Of a stretch of 16,430 nucleotides of DNA, positions 9,450 through 16,430 are shown piece by piece. The DNA comes from Octopus sinensis (lineage: Eukaryota), in the NCBI RefSeq assembly GCF_006345805.1, contig NW_021825140.1:1-16430 (forward strand), written 5' to 3'. Numbering within the stretch: the first letter of the stretch is position 1; each line of letters starts with the position of its first letter. The translations under genes and the position numbers were made by a program. The notes beneath the pieces are model-generated. The model was not told the origin of the DNA and did no database searches. It was given only the letters and a program-made list of their open reading frames with translations.

Positions 9450-9608
9450 GCGATCGATTACGTCGGCTCCAATATTCTACCGTTATTTTAATTTATCAAC
9501 CGCAGAGATATGAATGACAAAGTTGACCCGGAATTCAAAATGTAAAACGCCCGAAGAAATGCGAGACATTTTTTCTGGCGTTCAAGCAATCCTGCGAGTC
9601 CAGTGCTT
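9450..9608 (-). mobile_element. Old degenerate SINE, family A
   Basis: TCGATTACGTCG...TTAATTTATCAACC...GACAAAGTTGACCCGGAATTC...CATTTTTTCTGGCG is colinear with the family A reverse complement. Confidence 0.65.
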
Positions 9609-9902
9609 TAACGGTGAGGAAATAGTGAAGTCTGGAGTAATCCAGTGGGACACTAGATAAATAAAATCAGCCAGAATTAAGAAAGACCATTGGCTAAATC
9701 TAGTCAGCTGATTGTTACCACCAAACCCAAGAACTATCACTGAATTACTCATGTGGAAACTCAGAGTAAGACTTGTGAGTTTCAGAGTCGCAATATTTGT
9801 TGAGGGATTCGTAATTTCACAGAGTCAAACTGAGTATTTCCTGAAGTTGACGGTGGAGGGCCGCTTTGAAGTCACGTGGTTTACTTTTGATACAATTCAA
9901 AG

Positions 9903-9974
9903 TTTTGCTGACGTTTTATTGACTTTCCTTTGTAACTCATTTTCCCTGCTTTATATTCTTCTTTATAGGTGAGA
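9903..9974 (+). other. Strong 3' splice acceptor followed immediately by a donor-like GTGAGA
   Basis: No AG from 9903 to 9966; branch-like CTGAC, TTGAC and CTCAT; long pyrimidine tract; TAG at 9966-9968; GTGAGA at 9969-9974. Confidence 0.4.
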
Positions 9975-10019
9975 TTTTTTGAGGGGGCCCTTTGTCAGGT
10001 GGTCTGGCTTATATACATT

Positions 10020-10069
10020 TAGCCATCAATACAAACACGCATACACACATGCACGCACACACACCCATG

Positions 10070-10103
<34 letters not shown>

Positions 10104-10126
10104 ACATACATATATATAATATATAT

Positions 10127-10158
<32 letters not shown>

Positions 10159-10730
10159 ATACATACGCATGTATGTATGAATGTATGTGATTGAGTACAT
10201 CAGTGCGTATATGTGCGTGTGTGTCTTGTGTGTGCCGAAGAAAGTTGTAGAAGGTAACATTTCAGAGAGATTCTCACAAAACTTCTCTTTATATGTTCCC
10301 AGCCACTCAAAATATGCAAATAATGTCTCAGACAAAGTTAAGAAACTCCATTTCTTCTGAACTAAAAGTAGTGGATCCCCTCTCCCTCCCCTCTCCCTTT
10401 CACTCTCTCTCTCTGCATAAGAAACAACTGACCGATATTATAAAGATTTGATAATGACGAGAAAGCTGAAGAATTCCAGATTATTGACGACATAATTCAT
10501 TTCAAATTGCTAACGGTAACTGCATGCACATATATGCATAAAGGCCTGCAGACATGCATCGATACATACACATAAGTATGTGTATGCACGCATGTACAGA
10601 TGCATGCGCACGTGTATAGATAGATGCAGGCATATATAGAAACAGGGAAAATGCGCATATATACATGCACACGTGTGTATAGATACATATACACGTGCAT
10701 AGATATACACGTAAATCTATACACATCTAT
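10020..10730. repeat. Low-complexity alternating purine/pyrimidine tracts (CA, TA, TG, CATG-rich) around a short unique core
   Basis: Directly visible at 10020-10230 and 10500-10730. Confidence 0.9.
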
Positions 10731-10756
10731 GCTTTGCGATATTATCTGCTGTTTTT

Positions 10757-11155
10757 CTAAGGCGGCGAGATGGCAGAAACATTAGCACGCTGGACGAAAT
10801 ACTTAGTGGTATTTCGTCTGCCGTTACGTTCTGAGTTCAAATTCCGCCGAGGTCGACTATGCCTTTCATCCTTTCGGGGTCGATAAATTAAGTACCAGTT
10901 ACGCGCTGGGGTCGATATAATCGACTTAATCCGTTTGTCTGTCCTTGTTTGTCCTCCCTGTGTTTAGCCCCTTGTGGGTAGTAAAGAAATAGGTATTTCG
11001 CCCATCGCCACGTTCTGAGTTCAAATTCCGCTGAGTTCGACTTTGCCTTTCATCCTTTCGAGTCGCTAAATTAAGTAGCAGTTGCATACCGGGGTCGATC
11101 TAATCGACTGACCACCTTCCCCAAAATTTCGAGTCTTGTGCCTAGAGCAGAAAAG
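10757..11155 (+). mobile_element. Dimeric tRNA-derived SINE, family A (full unit plus a 5'-truncated unit starting at GGTATTTCG, 10992)
   Basis: A box TGGCAGAAACATTAG (10771), B box GTTCAAATTCC (10835-10845), central GCCTTTCATCCTTTCGGGGTCGATAAATTAAGTACCAG (possibly the Meta-SINE domain). Flanked by 19 bp direct repeats with one mismatch (10738-10756, 11156-11174). Confidence 0.92.
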
Positions 11156-11174
11156 GATATCATCTGCTGTTTTT

Positions 11175-11385
11175 GAAGGCGGCGAGCTAGCTGAATCGTT
11201 GGCACGTCGGACAAAAATGCTTATGACATTTCGTCCGTCTTTACGTTCTGAGTTCAAATTCCGCCGAGGTCGACTTTGCCTTTCATTCTTTCAGGATCGA
11301 TAAGATAAGTACCTGTCGATGGGTAGATGTAATCAACTTACCCACTCCTCTGAAATTGCTGGCCTTGTGCTAAAATTTAAAACAC
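11175..11385 (+). mobile_element. tRNA-derived SINE, family A monomer
   Basis: AAGGCGGCGAGCTAGCTGAATCG...GAGTTCAAATTCCGCCGAGGTCGACTTTGCCTTTCA; same family as the adjacent dimer. Confidence 0.9.
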
Positions 11386-11430
11386 TATCATTTGCTGCTT
11401 TTTTGCGTTATAAGTTTCGAAAGTAGCCAA

Positions 11431-11530
11431 ATAGACACTGATGAAGCTGCACCGAAAATCGTGCCAGGTTGCATCTACAACTGCCCCTATTCTGTGCAGT
11501 GGAAACGCGTGTAGGTCATAAAGTCTATAA
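11431..11530 (+). ncRNA. Hammerhead-like motif relic (Penelope-like element terminus candidate)
   Basis: CTGATGA (11438-11444), extra A, stem II GCTGCAC/GTGCAGT, extra G, GAAA (11502-11505), palindromic ACGCGT. Stem I is poor and N17 would be G. Confidence 0.4.
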
Positions 11531-11591
11531 AAATATGCTGTATTATAAAATTGTAAAATAAGAGGAAATAAATTTTAAGAATGAACAAGTC

Positions 11592-11762
11592 GGCATAGGA
11601 GTGGCTGTGTGGTAAGTAGCTTGCTTACCAACCACATAGCTCTGGGTTCAGTCCCACTGCGTGGCACCTTGGGCAAGTGTCTTCTACTATAGCTTCGGGC
11701 CGACCAAAGTCTTGTGAGTGGATTTGGTAGACGGAAACTGAAAGAAGCCCATCGTATATATG

Positions 11763-11799
<37 letters not shown>

Positions 11800-12031
11800 A
11801 TGTGTGTGTGTGTGTTTGTGTGTCTGTGTTTGTCCTCCCAACATCGCTTGACAACCGATGATGGTGTGTCCCCGTAAATTAGCAGTTCGGCAAAAGAGAC
11901 CGATAGAATAAGTACTAGGCTTACAAAGAATAAGTCCCTGGGGTCGATTTGCTCGACTAAAGGCGGTGCTCCAGCATGGCAACAGTCAAAATGACTGAAA
12001 CAAGTAAAAGAGTAAAAGAGAATAAAGAGTA
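11592..12031 (+). mobile_element. Near full-length tRNA-derived SINE, family B (CORE-like, internal (TA)(TG) microsatellite)
   Basis: A box TGGCTGTGTGGTAAG, B box GGTTCAGTCCC (11645-11655), CORE-like ACCTTGGGCAAGTGTCTT (11666-11683), 3' stem-loop CAGTCA-AAA-TGACTG, (GTAAAAGA)-type tail. Confidence 0.92.
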
Positions 12032-12051
12032 AGTCTTCGTATTGTATATCG

Positions 12052-12084
<33 letters not shown>

Positions 12085-12175
12085 ACAAAGCATAAATAAT
12101 TAGATATTTTCTTTATTGTAGTAAATTTGTCTTACAACTGTCTCCAGTCATTATAGGTTCGTTATTGATTAGATT

Positions 12176-12564
12176 CGTGGAGGCGCAATGGCCCAGTGGT
12201 TAGGGTAGCGGACTCGCGGTCATAGGATCGCGGTTTCGATTCCCAGACCGGGCGTTGTGAGTGTTTATTGAGCGAAAACACCTAAAAGCTCCACGATGCT
12301 CCGGCAGGGGATGGTGGTTATCCCTGCTGTACTCTTTCACCACAACTTTCTCTCACTCTTACTTCCTGCTTCTGTTGTACCCGTATTTCAAAGGGCCGGC
12401 CTTGTCACTCTCTGTGTCACGCTGAATATCCCCGAGAACTGCGTTAAGGGTACACGTGTCTGTGGAGTGCTCAGCCACTTACACGTTAATTTCACGAGCA
12501 GGCTGTTCCGTTGATTCGGATCAACCGGAACCCTCATCGTCGTAACCGACGGAGTGCTTCCACC
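12176..12564 (+). mobile_element. Full-length tRNA-derived SINE, family C, with 12 bp TSD
   Basis: A box TGGCCCAGTGG (12189-12199), B box GGTTTCGATTCCC (12232-12244). Perfect direct repeat ATTGATTAGATT at 12164-12175 and 12565-12576. Confidence 0.95.
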
Positions 12565-13059
12565 ATTGATTAGATTTATTCAATCAGCTCATTGATCGGT
12601 TAAGAAAAATTGAACGATCTAGAGAGTTGATGCACCTTTCGTCAGAGTCATTGTTGGTTAAAACCAATCAGAACACAGAAAGAATGATGGGGATGAGGGG
12701 AGCGACGAGAGGCTATAAGTACAAGGTCAGTGGAATGGAGGAGAGATGATATCTTTCAATGTAAAAAAAAACCCCCAGTATAACTGGGACGCAACCATGG
12801 ATTTACAATATAGAATGATGATGAACTATAATCTTGGATTCCGCCACAAGAACACGCGAAGTTCTTTACTTATCTAAACAATATTGTTAGCCTGATGTAC
12901 TAATAGGGAGCGTATGTAGTACTTTGCCCGGATTGATACTTCTTCACTAATAACTATATACATACATACATACATACATACATACATACATACATAATAT
13001 ATATATATATATATATATAATATATATATATAATATATATATAATAATATAATATAGAT

Positions 13060-13230
13060 GAAATTTAATAGAAAAACAAAGACGAAGACAGGTGTATGAA
13101 CAACAAGCAAATGCATTAGTTTGTCGCTCGGGAAAATGAAAAGTCTTTTACGTTTCGAGCCTACGCTCTTCAACGGAAAGGAATAAGAGAAAATAAACAG
13201 ATAGAGAATGAAAAAAACTTGTAGATTTCA
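13060..13230 (-). mobile_element. Dispersed repeat carrying a hammerhead-like motif, copy 2
   Basis: Minus strand CCTTT-CCGTTGAA-GAGC-GTAG-GCTC-GAAA-CG-T-A-AAAGAC (13181-13143). Homologous to 20-210; ends in a (TA)/(TATG) microsatellite. Confidence 0.75.
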
Positions 13231-13254
13231 TCGGTGCATGGAACCTTATTATCC

Positions 13255-13343
13255 TTCATGCGTATGGAAGAGAATAGGATTCCAAAGTAGTTGTTCTATG
13301 GTGAGCTGACCACTGTGCACACGCACACACGCACGCACGCACA

Positions 13344-13432
<89 letters not shown>

Positions 13433-13460
13433 GCAAACAGTGAAATTGCCTTTAGAAGTT
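13255..13460 (+). mobile_element. Short RTE LINE crumb split by a (CA)n tract
   Basis: [17 protein letters not shown] (13260-13315) parallels MEDGRIPKDILNGELV in the RTE at 15053-15098. Short. Confidence 0.45.
13317..13429. repeat. Long (CA)n microsatellite
   Basis: Directly visible, about 110 bp. Confidence 0.99.
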
Positions 13461-13622
13461 ACAATGTCAAAGCCATATTTGAGCTAAGCTAAAGTTTGTT
13501 CATTTGCCATCGCTGTTTCATGCTACAGCTTATGTATTCGTTCAGGTTGGGCGGCCTAAGAACGCAAATCATTCACTAGTATTATAAAGCTTTCTCTCAG
13601 CTGAGGGTTATCTGTCTTTGTG

Positions 13623-13677
13623 TTGATTGATTGATTGATTCTAGTTTCAGCTCACGAGCTGTGGCCATGCTGGGGCA
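13623..13677 (-). mobile_element. Isolated SINE/LINE 3' end with (AATC)n tail
   Basis: Minus strand TGCCCCAGCATGGCCACAGCTCGTGAGCTGAAACTAGAATCAATC aligns with TGCTCCAGCATGGCAACAGTCAAAATGACTGAAACAAG at 11967-12004. Confidence 0.65.
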
Positions 13678-13782
13678 AAGAAAGCATAACGACATAGAAA
13701 TGTATTTAAGGTGGTGGGTGGGTGGGGGTGGGGGCAAGAGAGGGTTCCATTGAACAGACAGTCTTGTGTCTACACCTTTTAC

Positions 13783-13920
13783 CATAAGTGAGAGTTTCTC
13801 TCTACTTCCGGCACCCATTACAGACGATTCTAATCTGCTGCGATCTATGTTTGTACTTTTATACGCCAAGAGCCTATATGAGATATTCTTCAAAGGCCTC
13901 TTGTGCTTCCTGTTCTTGTT
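13783..13920 (-). CDS. Candidate isolated internal exon (46 codons, phase 0-0), product unknown; may be a repeat fragment
   Basis: Acceptor CTTAAC...GTTTTGTTAG, donor ATG/GTAAAA, 138 nt open in only one frame: NKNRKHKRPLKNISYRLLAYKSTNIDRSRLESSVMGAGSREKLSLM. No family recognised. Confidence 0.25.
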
Positions 13921-13945
13921 CTAACAAAACATTCACGTTAAGTTT

Positions 13946-14310
13946 GAAGTGGACAGAAGATCGATTGGTTACGATGCAAAGGGTCATGGTAAGATCCATG
14001 TTAAGGATAACATTGCGAGAGCACATTCGAAACGAGAAAATTCGAGAACGGAGCGGAGTGAACGATGTGATCGCAGAATATCGAAAGCACGAGTTCCGCT
14101 GGGCCGGACGTGCCGCAAGGTACACACGTACAACAAGTGGGCACGTATAATTGCCGAGTGGTAGCCAAGAGATCTGAAAAATCCACTTGGAAGGCCTCCA
14201 TAGCGATGGGGGTTAAGATGGAAAAGAATGACGCAATCAAGACAGAATTGAAAGTGCATTGTGACCAGCGGTGTATAACAACATCTAATGATCTAGTAGA
14301 TACTGCGAGA
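13946..14310 (+). mobile_element. 5'-truncated RTE-clade LINE 3' end (element 1)
   Basis: RLVTMQRVMVRSMLRITLREHIRNEKIRERSGVNDVI...FRWAG...KWARIIAEW*PRD...GRPP is an RTE-type C-terminus with stops and a frameshift. Confidence 0.87.
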
Positions 14311-14332
14311 TATATATATATATATATATTAT

Positions 14333-14684
14333 CCGTCTTTTCCCGGAGCCTTGTTACTGACTAGGGAGTCAATAGCCTTGGTGAGCTCTGTTATAGACTG
14401 TCAAGTTCGCACATGACTGGCAAGATCTTGACACCCTCGATTGCAGCCTCAGCTACCGTGGTCTCCCGTGAGTAGAGATCCTGGTAGTACTCCACCCATC
14501 TATCCATTTGCCTGCTTTGGTTCTTGATGAGATCTCCAGAATTTGATTTCAGAGGGGCTAATTTGGTTGCGGATGGACCGAGGGCCTTCTTCAAACCGGC
14601 ATACATCTCACGGGTATCGCCACTGTCAGCAGCTGACTGGATACTCTGACAGATTTCCTACCAATACCTATTTGCACAGCGTCT
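14333..14684 (-). mobile_element. RTE (BovB-like) LINE element 2, inverted 5' segment (linker between EN and RT)
   Basis: Minus strand RRCANRYW*EICQSIQSAADSGDTREMYAGLKKALGP...RWVEYYQDLYSRE...ELTKAIDSLVSNKAPGKDG. Confidence 0.9.
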
Positions 14685-15490
14685 TTATCTATCTTGGCTC
14701 TACTGTCACCTACAACCTATCCCTTGATGCCGAGCTCAATATACGCATTGGCAAGGTAGCTGCTGTGATAGCCCAACTCTCCAAACGGGCATGGGACAAA
14801 AATAAGCTGACCAATACCACAAAAATGAAGATTTACCAGGCATGTGTACTTAGCACTATACGGTATGGAAGTGAGACTTGGACGCCATACGTCGCCTAAA
14901 TATCTTTCACCTGCGCTGCCTCCGGAAAATCCTTCGCATCAAATGGCAGAATCATGTCCCCAACAAAGATGTCCTCAAGCAAGCAAGAATACCAAGTATG
15001 TTTGCACTCCTCACACAAGGACGTATGAGATGGCTTCGACATGTTAGCCCTATGGAAGATGGTAGAATCCCCAAGGACATACTCAACGGAGAGCTTGTTA
15101 GGGGCACTAGGTCTGTGGGAAGACCGTTCTTATGATACAAGGATGTTTGCAAAAGGGTTATAAATACCTGCAACATCAATATTACCAACTGGGAAGCAGT
15201 TGCCAGGAGCCGTGGAGATTGGCGACGTACCGTAAAAGATGGAACACAAAGGAGTGACAGAGGGAGAGAGGAGAAATGGATAGATAAGAAAAGACGTCAA
15301 CAAGAAAGTATGACATTACAACCAGCCAGGCAAAGTCTTCGCTACATTTGCGGCACCTGCCAGAGGGAGTGTTTGTCCAGGATAGGACTACACAGCCACA
15401 GCAGGAGATGTATTAAGACATGAAATGTAAAAGCCGGACTAGATTATTTACGCACAACTCAATTTTCTCCGAGACAAAAAGGATGCAAAC
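14684..15490 (+). mobile_element. RTE (BovB-like) LINE element 2, forward 3' segment
   Basis: FIYLGST...LSTIRYGSETW...FHLRCLRKILRIKW...GRIPKDILNGEL...CGTCQRECLSRIGLHSHSRRC (C-terminal CCHC), then 3' UTR ending CCGAGACAAAAAGGATGCAAAC. Confidence 0.93.
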
Positions 15491-15676
15491 TATATATATA
15501 TATATATATTATAGATATATATATAATATACAAATATAGATATAGATATTTAAATTTAATTAGAGGATGTGTTAACCTCATGAAGGGATGGTTTCATCCC
15601 AGGAAATACTGGTTAATACCTAACATTTGGGGGGAATGAGTTTCCTTAAAATAATAGGTATATGGATTATTATAAG

Positions 15677-15870
15677 TATATTCATTTAAAAGAAGAAGAA
15701 AATGGAAATTGGGAAGTTAATAATTGTTCATTATTAGCAGCAAATTGGTCATCTTTACTTACAACCGTTTCTACTCATTGAGTATTAATAGAAACGGCTG
15801 TAAGTGAGGATGGCCAATTTGTTGTTGTTATAAGAACAATTATTAGCTTCCTTTTCTTCTTCTTTTAAAT

Positions 15871-15877
<7 letters not shown>
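15677..15877. mobile_element. Foldback/palindromic element (MITE-like), arms about 85-90 bp
   Basis: 15683-15773 is the imperfect reverse complement of 15789-15871, with a 15 nt spacer and TATA at both outer ends. Confidence 0.75.
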
Positions 15878-15908
<31 letters not shown>

Positions 15909-16219
15909 GAATTTTACCACTATGTGGAAACCCTTATGTAGAAGAAGATCCGCTATGGTCTTAACACTAAGAATTGTTCTCTAGAAATTTAGCAAATACA
16001 GAAAAGTAAGCGAGCAAGACAAATGAAAAGTAACAAAAATAAAGATTAATCATAAACACATGTTTCACTATCAACAAATTACGTAATTTTACTTGCATAA
16101 TTTATCTGTAGATCTTTAGTATGATCGTCTATACAAATATAATTTGCAGAACTATACGCCACACATCAACACGAGGTCGAAAATGCATGCAGTTCTACCT
16201 ATTACAGTTGTGGTTATTT

Positions 16220-16259
16220 TTCAAAAGTCTTCGTTTTGGCGCGCTAAATTACCGGAAAT
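16220..16259. promoter_or_regulatory. E2F-like TTTTGGCGCGC, ETS-like ACCGGAAAT and CHR-like TTCAAA cluster
   Basis: TTCAAA 16220-16225, TTTTGGCGCGC 16234-16244, ACCGGAAAT 16251-16259. Motif match only. Confidence 0.3.
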
Positions 16260-16430
16260 AATACCGCATAAAATAATTCACTGCAGTAGCCTTTGCCGGT
16301 TTGAGAACGTATTAATTTAAAATTAAAATTTAAATGAGGGTGAAAAATTGGATATTAATTTGATAACATCAATTTTAACACCAGTGGTCTAGCAGATAAA
16401 AAAACTGAGATTCAGTAAATAGTATTACAT

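Noticed and set aside
12180-12255. tRNA gene
   Set aside because: It has A and B boxes but no clean cloverleaf, and continues into a SINE body bounded by a TSD. The same applies to the heads at 10761 and 11592.
12664-12731. CCAATCAG, TATAAG and TCAGT as a core promoter or LTR U3
   Set aside because: TATA-to-Inr spacing is about 13 nt rather than about 30, and no LTR termini or second LTR are visible.
1-16430. CRISPR array, prokaryotic operon or defence system
   Set aside because: No regularly spaced repeat-spacer array and no dense coding; the content is typical of an animal genome.

Overview
Eukaryotic, AT-rich, microsatellite-dense DNA, not prokaryotic. The SINE families and repeat landscape look like a coleoid cephalopod, probably Octopus; this is recognition from memory, not a database result. 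No host protein-coding gene, rRNA, true tRNA or CRISPR array can be supported. Most listed ORFs are microsatellite read-through or transposon remnants. The window holds a CR1/L2-type LINE 3' end, an R4/Dong RLE retrotransposon inside a (TAA)n tract, an internally deleted DD37D (maT) mariner nested in a SINE's microsatellite, a decayed hAT (Charlie/Buster-like) transposase, two or three RTE LINE pieces, about a dozen tRNA-derived SINE copies from at least three families, and a ~200 bp foldback element. Best leads: (1) an RTE insertion with a 5' inversion and a 22 bp target-site duplication, matching twin-priming geometry; (2) two copies of a repeat carrying a variant minimal hammerhead-like fold, plus an unrelated CUGAUGA/GAAA motif; (3) apparent re-use of one ~19 bp target site by successive SINE insertions; (4) microsatellites acting as landing pads for several unrelated element classes. 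Regulatory and splice signals are speculative.
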